Source: a phage
Length of the DNA: 64,000 bases
Sequence record: PZ445444.1
Direction: 5' to 3' (one strand)
Each line of letters starts with the position of its first letter. Position 1 is the first letter of the stretch. Shown piece by piece: positions 57,252-64,000 of this stretch. Both the position numbers and the translations under genes were made by a program. The notes under the pieces are model-generated. The model ran no database searches, was not told where the DNA came from, and was given only the letters and a program-made list of their open reading frames with translations.

Positions 57252-57806
57252 ATGAAATACTTTGTAACAAGCGACACACACTTTCTCCACCAGCGGGTCA
57301 TGGAGTTTGATTCATGTCAAAAACACAGATCTCAGTATGATCACAATCTTGACAGTATGAATGCGGGAATCATCGCCGAGTGGAACTCTGTTGTGTCACC
57401 TGCAGACACTGTGTTCCACTTGGGAGATATTGCGTGCACTAATGATAAGAATATCAACAACTTACTTCCAGATATTCTAAATATGTTGAACGGACATATT
57501 ATTCTTGTTCGTGGCAACCATGACACAAGGACGACTGTCAGAATTATGAAAGAGTTCGGTCATGAGGTTGTAGATTATTACGAGCTTCGCCACAACAAGA
57601 ATTTGATCTGTATGAGCCATTACCAGTTTGCAAAGTGGAACAGAAAGCCTCACGGATCAGTCCAACTGTTCGGTCATGCTCACGGAACCACACAACAGTT
57701 GTTTGGCAGGCAGCTTGATGTCGGTTGGGATGTGTGGGGGAGACTCTTACCATTAGAAGAGGCATACCGTATTGCAATGAGTTTTGATATTGACAGCAGG
57801 GAGTAA
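57252..57806 (+). CDS. calcineurin-like metallophosphoesterase
   Basis: 184 aa from ATG with GAGGAA RBS; motifs SDTHF, GDIA, GNHD. Confidence 0.75.
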   Translation: MKYFVTSDTHFLHQRVMEFDSCQKHRSQYDHNLDSMNAGIIAEWNSVVSPADTVFHLGDIACTNDKNINNLLPDILNMLNGHIILVRGNHDTRTTVRIMKEFGHEVVDYYELRHNKNLICMSHYQFAKWNRKPHGSVQLFGHAHGTTQQLFGRQLDVGWDVWGRLLPLEEAYRIAMSFDIDSRE

Positions 57807-57853
57807 TCCCTGCTATTTTAAAGAAAATTGCCACACAAGGAGAATCAGGAGAT

Positions 57854-58204
57854 ATGAAAGATGGGGATAAGCTGCTATATCTTAAAGTCCCCCTTGAAAT
57901 ACTATCTATGTCAAAAGTTTTGAATGACACAACTGGGGAGGTTGTTGTTCTTGACTTGTATGACAAGATCGTATACTGCTACCTGCACAACTGGTATAAG
58001 CTTGGAGGAAATTCACGCTTCACACCAAGCACAAGGAAAATTGCAGCAGATGTTGGGATAAAGAAAACAAAAGCAGCAGCGTGCGTTAAAACTTTAGAAT
58101 GTGCAGGAGTGGTTGAAACATCCACACAAGGGAGAGGTAAAAGATGCACATTTTCCAAAGTTTTGCCACCAGAAGAAGTTATTCGGATGTCAACAACTGG
58201 TTAG
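57854..58204 (+). CDS. hypothetical protein, possible HTH DNA-binding
   Basis: 116 aa; helix-turn-helix-like segment STRKIAADVGIKKTKAAACVKTLECAGVV. Confidence 0.5.
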   Translation: MKDGDKLLYLKVPLEILSMSKVLNDTTGEVVVLDLYDKIVYCYLHNWYKLGGNSRFTPSTRKIAADVGIKKTKAAACVKTLECAGVVETSTQGRGKRCTFSKVLPPEEVIRMSTTG

Positions 58205-58278
58205 ACCAGTAAAAACTTAAATATCTGTACTATAAGGATTCGTATGTTTTATGTTCGTCATGGAACGGATACTATTAA

Positions 58279-58361
58279 CTGTCCGTGATACGGACACTAC
58301 TGTCCGTCACGCGGACACATCTGCCCGTAATACGGACACTAACTGTCCGTGATACGGACAC
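58279..58361 (+). repeat. four tandem ~21-bp repeats, each an inverted repeat TGTCCGT-nnn-ACGGACA
   Basis: CTGTCCGTGATACGGACACT / ACTGTCCGTCACGCGGACACAT / CTGCCCGTAATACGGACACT / CTGTCCGTGATACGGACAC. Confidence 0.7.
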
Positions 58362-58494
58362 ATAAAGAATATAACTAAAATAACTAAATAATAAAAAATA
58401 AAAGATCTAGTACTTATGGTACTAAGTACATATACTTAACTTATGTAGAATATACTAGATCCTAAGTACCATGTTTTAAATTTATTACTTACTA

Positions 58495-58745
58495 TGGGCA
58501 GTGTCGGCCCTTCATTGGCACTCGCCTACGAGGGGCGAGATGCCGGGCCTCCTTGGTGCACACAATAACAGAAGTTCATACATGCAGGTCTGTTAACATG
58601 TGTGGGAGCGAAGCGATAGCGCAGGCCAAAGGCCGAGCACTGATGTGGACCACCGACGAAAGCTTGCCAGCGCCGTAAGGAGTCGGTTGAGAGTCTCCCG
58701 CGCGAGCTTGGATGAAGTTTATGTGTGGAAACTGACAAGAAGGCC
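58495..58745 (+). ncRNA. GC-rich structured non-coding island (unassigned candidate RNA)
   Basis: local GC well above the window average; nested complementary stems such as GGCACTCGCC/GGCGAGATGCC; the only ORF here (minus, 70 aa) has a non-protein-like translation. Confidence 0.3.
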
Positions 58746-58864
58746 CCTAAATCGCTCCACAGCTATATAAACTATACCAGGTAATGCAATCGCACCAGTT
58801 TGATAGAAAAGCTCGTTACAAAGCGATACAGTGAGTTTTTCTATAACTTGAAGAGGAGGCAGCT

Positions 58865-59443
58865 ATGGGTTCACGCAAAGATGACCGTGAAAAGATTGCA
58901 AAACGTTATCAGAATGAAGAACAGATGGAGAAAACTTTCAAGTGGAAGCCCGGTTTCCAGCGTAATCATTCTAACGCTCGTGATCGTAAGCATCCGGATA
59001 AGTGGCTAACACCGCCAAATGATGGCATGCAGGTTGGGGATGAGAAGGAGATGTCGCCTGGAAAAGATGGCAACTACATTCGCACTAAGGACGCTGGTCC
59101 AAAGGATGACAGCTATCTTGTAGATAAGGTTCTTGATGGTATCAATGTAGATGTTGACACTGCACGAAACCTTTTTCTTGGGTGGTATCGCACAGGTTTT
59201 TTCGACATCAAGGCTATTCGTCGTGTTTGTGATATTAAAAAGTCTGCCTATGATGATGACTCTCTACATCGCACTCTGAGACAATACTCAGAGAGATACG
59301 GTCATCCAGTTATCACTCTTGACGATATTAACGAAGTGATGTATCATGCAGAGGTTGTTGCAGGTAGATTCGGTGATGCATATCTCGGTATTCTTTCTGC
59401 AAAAGATGAGGTAATGTTAAATAAAGTTTACTATGAACGCTGA
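58865..59443 (+). CDS. hypothetical protein
   Basis: 192-aa ORF, GAGGAGG RBS. Confidence 0.6.
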   Translation: MGSRKDDREKIAKRYQNEEQMEKTFKWKPGFQRNHSNARDRKHPDKWLTPPNDGMQVGDEKEMSPGKDGNYIRTKDAGPKDDSYLVDKVLDGINVDVDTARNLFLGWYRTGFFDIKAIRRVCDIKKSAYDDDSLHRTLRQYSERYGHPVITLDDINEVMYHAEVVAGRFGDAYLGILSAKDEVMLNKVYYER

Positions 59444-59453
59444 GGAGCGCTTA

Positions 59454-59642
59454 ATGAACAACCCGGTAGCAAAGAACTGTAATAAGTTCAACAAGTCTGC
59501 AATTCACACTGACAGGAAAAAGAGCTGGTCTCCTGACATTGACGAGGAGCTTGAGAGTTACTTTGAAGACCTGGTCACTAATGCAGATGAGGTTGCGATT
59601 AAAGAATACGCAGACAGGAAGGATAAGGCCGGAATCTGTTGA
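59454..59642 (+). CDS. hypothetical protein
   Basis: 62 aa from ATG with GAGGAG RBS. Confidence 0.45.
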   Translation: MNNPVAKNCNKFNKSAIHTDRKKSWSPDIDEELESYFEDLVTNADEVAIKEYADRKDKAGIC

Positions 59643-59718
59643 CAAAAATAGTGTTACCTGATAAGATCTGCAATATGATGTGATGCAATTTTAACTTACG
59701 AGGTCTACAGGTAATGCC

Positions 59719-59961
59719 ATGTTTAAGGTCAAGCTCGTTTTTCGTTCCATGAATGAGGATTATTTAGAAGATGAAGGTGAATTTCGTGCACTGGATGATG
59801 CAATAGATTTTGCCAACGACTTAGCTTGTATGAATACAGGTTATGGGCTATGTTGTTGGGATGGTGGTGTTCAGATCGGTGATAGCAAGATCTTCTACTT
59901 CTACCCTGAGCCTGATAACAAACAAATTAAGTATGTTTTATTTATTTGTGCTTTACAATGA
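59719..59961 (+). CDS. hypothetical protein
   Basis: 80-aa ORF. Confidence 0.45.
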   Translation: MFKVKLVFRSMNEDYLEDEGEFRALDDAIDFANDLACMNTGYGLCCWDGGVQIGDSKIFYFYPEPDNKQIKYVLFICALQ

Positions 59962-60019
59962 GGTTGTTTTCGTGTATCATGATGAATATCCAATTTAAAG
60001 ATGAATTTGATGGCTTTAT

Positions 60020-60250
60020 CTCTGGATGCTTTGAAACAGGGTTCGGAGAAGACTGAGTTCCCCTTAGAGGGCTTGATAGTGCACCACACTTAAAATGGTA
60101 GGGGCAGCCAGCACATGACGATGTGACCCCAGCCAACCTGTAACAAGGTCGAGCCGAAGCGCGGGTAATAGGCCTCTGGTAACCCACTTGTTGGGTCTTG
60201 CTGGTCCAGGACGCTGGACAAGTCGCAGGGAACACCACCCTGCGGCGAAC
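60020..60250 (+). ncRNA. GC-rich structured non-coding island (unassigned candidate RNA)
   Basis: GC-rich non-coding stretch upstream of promoter 60251-60279; overlapping minus ORF translation is low-complexity. Confidence 0.3.
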
Positions 60251-60279
60251 TTGACAATCAGTATTTGCTATGATAAAAT
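60251..60279 (+). promoter_or_regulatory. sigma70-like promoter
   Basis: TTGACA, 17 nt, TAAAAT upstream of ORF 60308. Confidence 0.5.
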
Positions 60280-60307
60280 CCACCTATCACGTGATAATGG
60301 AGGAAAC

Positions 60308-60646
60308 ATGGCGGATACAACTAAAAAGCGTCGCCGTAGAGGCAGACCTCTGAAAGAGGAGTCCAACGCCATTCAGCTAGAGAAGAACATCCTTGATATG
60401 AAGGAATCTTTTATAGCGATGGTTCCAGAAGCTCACAAAGTTTTAAGAGAGCTGATGTTGGACCCGAAAACCAAACAAAATATTCGTCAAAGCATTGCAG
60501 AGTATGTTCTTGATAAGGCAGACCGAATGCAGGAAGAATATGATGAGATGTTTGGTGAAGAGGAAGAGGTGGTAGTAGAAGAGGCTGAAAAACCAGCACC
60601 TTTTATGCCATTCACCACAGAAATACAGCCTGTTGGCAATAGTTAA
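60308..60646 (+). CDS. hypothetical protein with basic N-terminus and acidic C-terminus
   Basis: 112 aa from ATG with GGAGG RBS; N-terminal KKRRRRGRPLK. Confidence 0.55.
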   Translation: MADTTKKRRRRGRPLKEESNAIQLEKNILDMKESFIAMVPEAHKVLRELMLDPKTKQNIRQSIAEYVLDKADRMQEEYDEMFGEEEEVVVEEAEKPAPFMPFTTEIQPVGNS

Positions 60647-60742
60647 AATATTTTCTTGACAAACTTTGCTTAACAGTGTAATATTGTAAACATGGTCTCC
60701 CACCTTTTCTGGCGGCTAAGGTGTAAAAGAAAGCCACCCAGT

Positions 60743-60817
60743 GCCCTGTTAGCTTAGTGGATAAAGCAGCGGCCTTCTAAGCCGTTGACACTGGTTCGAG
60801 TCCAGTACGGGGTGCCA
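60743..60817 (+). tRNA. tRNA-Arg (anticodon TCT)
   Basis: hand-folded cloverleaf: 7-bp acceptor GCCCTGT/ACGGGGT, D stem GCTT/AAGC, anticodon loop CTTCTAA, T loop TTCGAGT, encoded CCA. Confidence 0.75.
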
Positions 60818-60821
60818 AATT

Positions 60822-60908
60822 GGGGAGTTATCCCGTAGAGGTAGCGGTGTAGACTGTAAATCTATTGTCATTGCGACTCGGGTGGTTCGACTCCACCACT
60901 CCCCACCA
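60822..60908 (+). tRNA. tRNA-Tyr (anticodon GTA), long variable arm
   Basis: acceptor GGGGAGT/ACTCCCC, anticodon stem-loop GTAGA-CTGTAAA-TCTAT, T arm GGTGG-TTCGACT-CCACC, CCA. Confidence 0.7.
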
Positions 60909-61022
60909 AATTTATATTTTTAGATGCATAAATAATACAGATAATGGCATTGATATTTATCGTCGTTTATACTAGTCACTAACTGCTCGAAAATCAGTGT
61001 CATTATCAGTATAATTTATAAA

Positions 61023-61113
61023 GGAGGGTAGGGAGCAATGGTGCTCAAGCGGTCTTGAAAACCGTCCCGTTGAGGATGACTCGATGATGGTTCGATTCCA
61101 TTACTCTCCGCCA
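61023..61113 (+). tRNA. tRNA-Ser (anticodon TGA), type II
   Basis: acceptor GGAGGGT/ACTCTCC, anticodon loop CTTGAAA, long variable arm, T loop TTCGATT, CCA. Confidence 0.6.
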
Positions 61114-61211
61114 CATTGTTGACCTTGTAATTAAGCGAAAGCCGGAAGCAGAACCGGATTATCAAATGTTACAGTCGTCATCGCCGACTAGCAACATGGT
61201 CAACATACTGA

Positions 61212-61310
61212 GCTAGGTAAGCCCTTTGGCAAGGGCGAGGATTTTTAATCCTGAAAATAGACGAGGTAGTCGTTGAATACATAGGTGGTTCGATTCCATC
61301 ACCTAGCACC
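61212..61310 (+). tRNA. tRNA-like gene, atypical (99 nt; anticodon loop TTTTTAA suggests TTT/Lys; ~28-nt variable region)
   Basis: acceptor GCTAGGT/ACCTAGC, D arm GCCC-TTTGGCAA-GGGC, 4-bp anticodon stem AGGA/TCCT, T arm GGTGG-TTCGATT-CCATC; CCA not fully encoded. Confidence 0.4.
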
Positions 61311-61315
61311 TTTTT

Positions 61316-61391
61316 GCTGATGTAGCACAATCGGTAGTGCAATTGATTTGTAATCAATAGGTTGTAGGTTCAAGTCCTGCCATCAGCACCA
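61316..61391 (+). tRNA. tRNA-Thr (anticodon TGT)
   Basis: acceptor GCTGATG/CATCAGC, D stem GCAC/GTGC, anticodon arm ATTGA-TTTGTAA-TCAAT, T loop TTCAAGT, CCA. Confidence 0.8.
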
Positions 61392-61392
61392 A

Positions 61393-61467
61393 GGCCCTGT
61401 AGCTGGAAGGTTCAAGCAAGCGACTCATAATCGCCAGACGGTGGTTCAATTCCACCCAGGGCCACCA
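61393..61467 (+). tRNA. tRNA-Met (anticodon CAT; initiator, elongator or Ile-lysidine type not resolved)
   Basis: acceptor GGCCCTG/CAGGGCC, anticodon loop CTCATAA, T arm GGTGG-TTCAATT-CCACC, CCA. Confidence 0.75.
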
Positions 61468-61478
61468 AATAATAAATA

Positions 61479-61555
61479 CTCCGCGTAGCTCAGCTTGGTA
61501 GAGCGCCTGATTTGGGATCAGGAGGTCGAGTGTTCGAATCACTCCGTGGAGACCA
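61479..61555 (+). tRNA. tRNA-Pro (anticodon TGG)
   Basis: acceptor CTCCGCG/CGTGGAG, D arm TAGCTCAGCTTGGTAGAGC, anticodon arm CCTGA-TTTGGGA-TCAGG, T arm GAGTG-TTCGAAT-CACTC, CCA. Confidence 0.8.
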
Positions 61556-61601
61556 CTTTCAGTTATACTTTAAACATATACAAACAAAAGGAACCTTTAA
61601 A

Positions 61602-61871
61602 ATGTATACACTTAAAATTGTAGAGCGTGTAAATACAACCTATACCGTAGATTTTCGTGACGATTTCAATCCTCTGGCTGTAAATCTTCGAGAGTCATAT
61701 CATGAACTCAGCTGCGATGCAGTGGTGGTCTTTTTTGAAGACAACTCTGAAGGGGCAGTAGCTTGTGTTGTTGATAGTGAGCAGAAGTTTTATATTTACA
61801 GAGATGTAGATGCATACTTGATGAATGAAAATGCAGTTACTGTTAGAATCATCCACCGAGTGCCTCGATAA
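61602..61871 (+). CDS. hypothetical protein
   Basis: 89 aa from ATG downstream of tRNA-Pro (the track start at 61512 lies inside the tRNA). Confidence 0.5.
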   Translation: MYTLKIVERVNTTYTVDFRDDFNPLAVNLRESYHELSCDAVVVFFEDNSEGAVACVVDSEQKFYIYRDVDAYLMNENAVTVRIIHRVPR

Positions 61872-61976
61872 GTATTAGTCTCCTTTTAGTTAGTTTCGAT
61901 CTATTTAGGTTACTCAATTTTAACCCGCCCCGTTAGCTGTATAGCTGCGGGGTTTTTTCGTTTCTGGAGCCTTAAA

Positions 61977-62375
61977 ATGATTTCAGGTTTAACATGGCTG
62001 AGTAGGTATAGAGGGATCATAAAAGGTTTAGTTTTTGCAGCGGCTATAGGTACAGCTTATCTTGGGGCCGTGTATTGGTTTAACTCTAAGCTTAATGAAG
62101 CCTACCAAAAAGGTGTGTTAGCAACAGAGTTGAAGTGGGAACGGATCCTTGATCAGCAACAAAAGCAGGCCGACAAAATTAAAATGGGCCACGCGGAGGA
62201 GGTTAAAAACCTTGAAAAATCCCTTTCTGATCTACAGGATAAATTAAATATAGCTGAGAGGGCAGGTAGAGAAAAGCAGATTATCTACCTCCAATCACCT
62301 GAAGGTAAGAAGTCAACACTTCCTGATCAGCTTATAGATATTTATAATGAGAGTATCAATCAGGAGGATCGATGA
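61977..62375 (+). CDS. putative i-spanin (Rz-like)
   Basis: 132 aa; N-terminal TM helix then charged coiled-coil region; immediately followed by a lipoprotein ORF. Confidence 0.55.
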   Translation: MISGLTWLSRYRGIIKGLVFAAAIGTAYLGAVYWFNSKLNEAYQKGVLATELKWERILDQQQKQADKIKMGHAEEVKNLEKSLSDLQDKLNIAERAGREKQIIYLQSPEGKKSTLPDQLIDIYNESINQEDR

Positions 62376-62659
62376 GAGTTGCCACACTGTTTATTGCGTG
62401 CTTGTTATTATGTGGGTGTGCAACCAGCGTTGAGAGAGAATACAAGATTGACCCTCCGGATGTAGGAAGGTTGATTGTTAAACCCCCAGAAGGTGCCATG
62501 AAACCACCTGCTAAAGCTATGCCTTTGAAGAAAGGTGCGCCAGATGCAGTGAATTCTGGCATTATGAGGGATAATAATCTGTCTTGTAGCAATGATAGAG
62601 CTAAATTGATCATTTTGCAAGACTATATTAGAACACTGTTTCCAAAGGAGAGAGGTTAA
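62372..62659 (+). CDS. putative o-spanin (Rz1-like lipoprotein)
   Basis: 95 aa; signal peptide with Cys-containing lipobox-like LLLCGC; proline-rich mature region; overlaps upstream stop by 4 nt. Confidence 0.55.
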   Translation: MRVATLFIACLLLCGCATSVEREYKIDPPDVGRLIVKPPEGAMKPPAKAMPLKKGAPDAVNSGIMRDNNLSCSNDRAKLIILQDYIRTLFPKERG

Positions 62660-63087
62660 TGTCTAAGATTTACGGACCGTGTTCTGAAAAGCAGAAGATG
62701 ATCCTCGAAAACGATGCAGATATCTTGGTAATCGGCGGTGCCGCAGGGTCTGGCAAGTCGTTCCTCTTGCAGTTGATGCCACTTAAAATTATTGATGACC
62801 CCCACAGCTCTGTGGTTATGTTCCGAAGAACAACCCCACAGTTGGAAGGTGAGGGTGGATTATGGCCTAAAGCAGTAGCTATTTATAGTGATCTGCCTGA
62901 AAACATTAAGCCAAAGTTTAGAGAGAAGGATCATAAGTTCATTTTTCCACGGTTTGATCCGAACACTGGCAAGTGGGATAGAAGCAAAAAGGGAGCTGTT
63001 GTAAAATACTGCCACATGGAGTATGTACAAGATAAGCTTAACCATCAGGGGCTTGAGTACACCATGGTTTGCTTCGATGAGGGTTAA
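62659..63087 (+). CDS. terminase large subunit, N-terminal ATPase part (exon 1 or split-gene fragment)
   Basis: 142 aa; Walker A VIGGAAGSGKSF, ORF ends right after Walker-B-like MVCFDEG. Confidence 0.65.
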   Translation: MSKIYGPCSEKQKMILENDADILVIGGAAGSGKSFLLQLMPLKIIDDPHSSVVMFRRTTPQLEGEGGLWPKAVAIYSDLPENIKPKFREKDHKFIFPRFDPNTGKWDRSKKGAVVKYCHMEYVQDKLNHQGLEYTMVCFDEG

Positions 63088-64000
63088 TTTGTAGCTCTCG
63101 TAAAACCTCCCTAATTGCGGGGAAATCTTTATTATTGACACCACCAACCTGTCATGGTAACATGACAGAGGCTTCGAAGAGAGATCGAAGGTATGGTAAC
63201 AGTGTGTTAATTTAGATAATCCGCAGCGAAGCATCCGAGAGGATGAACGTTCAACGACTAGTCGAAAGACGTAGAATCAAGCGATTCGAAACGGGAGGGT
63301 GAATGTGTAATACTAAAAAATGTATGGATTGCCAAAGAGTTCTACCTATTGATGATTTCTTTTTATCATCTAAGAGCAAGGATGGATACTCAGGTACATG
63401 CAAGGAATGCTATATGTACTACAGGAAGGGTGGATCTCGTAAAAACAAAAATATGGTTAAGAGAGATGATGCAGCATTGTTTATTCAAGACTTGCTGAAG
63501 AAAGGTGAACTTTTTGAATGCAAATCTTGTCATGAAAGTATGCTCGCTGATAGTTTTTACACAAAACGTGACTATGGTAAAGTATATCTGGTTACGAACA
63601 GGTGTAAGATGTGTGAAAAGTTTTATCAGATTGAGAAGAAATTTCACATAACAAAAGATGAATACTATCGTCTACTCTCAGATCAAGATCATAAGTGTGC
63701 CATTTGTAGAATATCCCTTGATGAGTATAGGACGCAAGGGTATAGAGATTTCTTTTGTGTTGATCATGACCATAAAACTGGTGCTGTAAGAGGGTTGCTT
63801 TGTGATAAATGCAACAGAGCTTTAGGTTTCTTCCAAGAGGATGAGGAAACTATTCTTAGAGCGGCAGAGTATTTACACATTCATAAGATATAGTCTGGTC
63901 TGCATGGAGACATGCAGCTGCCTGAAAATGGCGGGGCAAGACTAGCGACCTTGCCCGAACATAAACGACACAATTCGAATGGGAGCAGATAGACTACCTG
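63088..64000 (+). mobile_element. probable group I intron (partial, continues past window) with an Endo VII-type nuclease ORF
   Basis: 215-nt non-coding stretch after the truncated terminase ORF, then the nuclease ORF, then further non-coding sequence to the window end. Confidence 0.45.
63303..63893 (+). CDS. Endo VII-type (HNH-like) homing endonuclease with N-terminal zinc fingers
   Basis: 196 aa, GGGAGGG RBS; CMDCQ...CKEC and CKSC zinc-finger motifs; Endo VII signature VDHDHKTGAVRGLLCDKCN. Confidence 0.7.
   Translation: MCNTKKCMDCQRVLPIDDFFLSSKSKDGYSGTCKECYMYYRKGGSRKNKNMVKRDDAALFIQDLLKKGELFECKSCHESMLADSFYTKRDYGKVYLVTNRCKMCEKFYQIEKKFHITKDEYYRLLSDQDHKCAICRISLDEYRTQGYRDFFCVDHDHKTGAVRGLLCDKCNRALGFFQEDEETILRAAEYLHIHKI

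Noticed and set aside
58279-58361. Possible CRISPR array
   Set aside because: Only four units, directly abutting with no unique spacers, each internally palindromic; consistent with protein-binding iterons
58526-58738. 70-aa minus-strand ORF in GC-rich island
   Set aside because: Translation is Arg/Ser/Pro-rich and unlike a protein; region better explained as structured RNA
59942-60283. 113-aa minus-strand ORF in second GC-rich island
   Set aside because: Same reasoning; it also runs antisense through a strong plus-strand promoter
61114-61211. Possible additional tRNA between tRNA-Ser and the atypical tRNA
   Set aside because: No T-loop motif and no acceptor-stem complementarity found
61512-61601. 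Upstream extension of ORF 61602-61871 to the track start at 61512
   Set aside because: The extension overlaps the 3' half of tRNA-Pro; the ATG at 61602 is the plausible start

Overview
This window reads as a segment of a virulent tailed dsDNA phage of a Gram-negative host (sigma70-type promoters, lipobox spanin, lambda R-type lysozyme, dense overlapping small ORFs, tRNA cluster, homing-endonuclease genes). All calls come from reading the sequence and ORF track by eye; no database search or folding program was run. Layout: (1) 1-15.2 kb, rightward block of about 40 small early-type ORFs, most with their own TTGACA/TATAAT-like promoter and a conserved leader (GC hairpin, CA-rich tract, GAGGA RBS); it includes a TARG1/DarG-like macrodomain and repeated intergenic hairpin elements. 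(2) 15.24-17.69 kb, gene-free convergence zone packed with repeats (six TGTAAAC iterons at 16-bp phase, palindromes, recurring CTCTTCAGG). (3) 17.7-56.7 kb, leftward block: paralogous small acidic proteins and tiny membrane peptides, a ribosome hibernation factor (HPF) homologue, two DNA methyltransferases, ClpP-like protease, PhoH, NrdG, NrdD split by an HNH-containing insertion, glutaredoxin, NrdB, NrdA, ThyX-like, HAD nucleotidase, dNMP-kinase-like, DEDD exonuclease, Endo VII, RuvC-like, flap endonuclease, lipoprotein, lysozyme, ATP-dependent DNA ligase, MazG-like, Sir2, RNA ligase. (4) 56.8-64 kb, rightward block: P-loop kinase plus metallophosphoesterase (with the RNA ligase, a candidate RNA-repair cassette), an HTH protein beside palindromic iterons, two GC-rich non-coding islands, seven tRNA or tRNA-like genes, spanin pair, and the terminase large subunit N-terminal part followed by a probable intron carrying an Endo VII-type nuclease. 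Leading candidates for something new: the RNA-repair/Sir2 module next to the tRNAs, the phage HPF, the macrodomain, and the repeat-rich non-coding zones.
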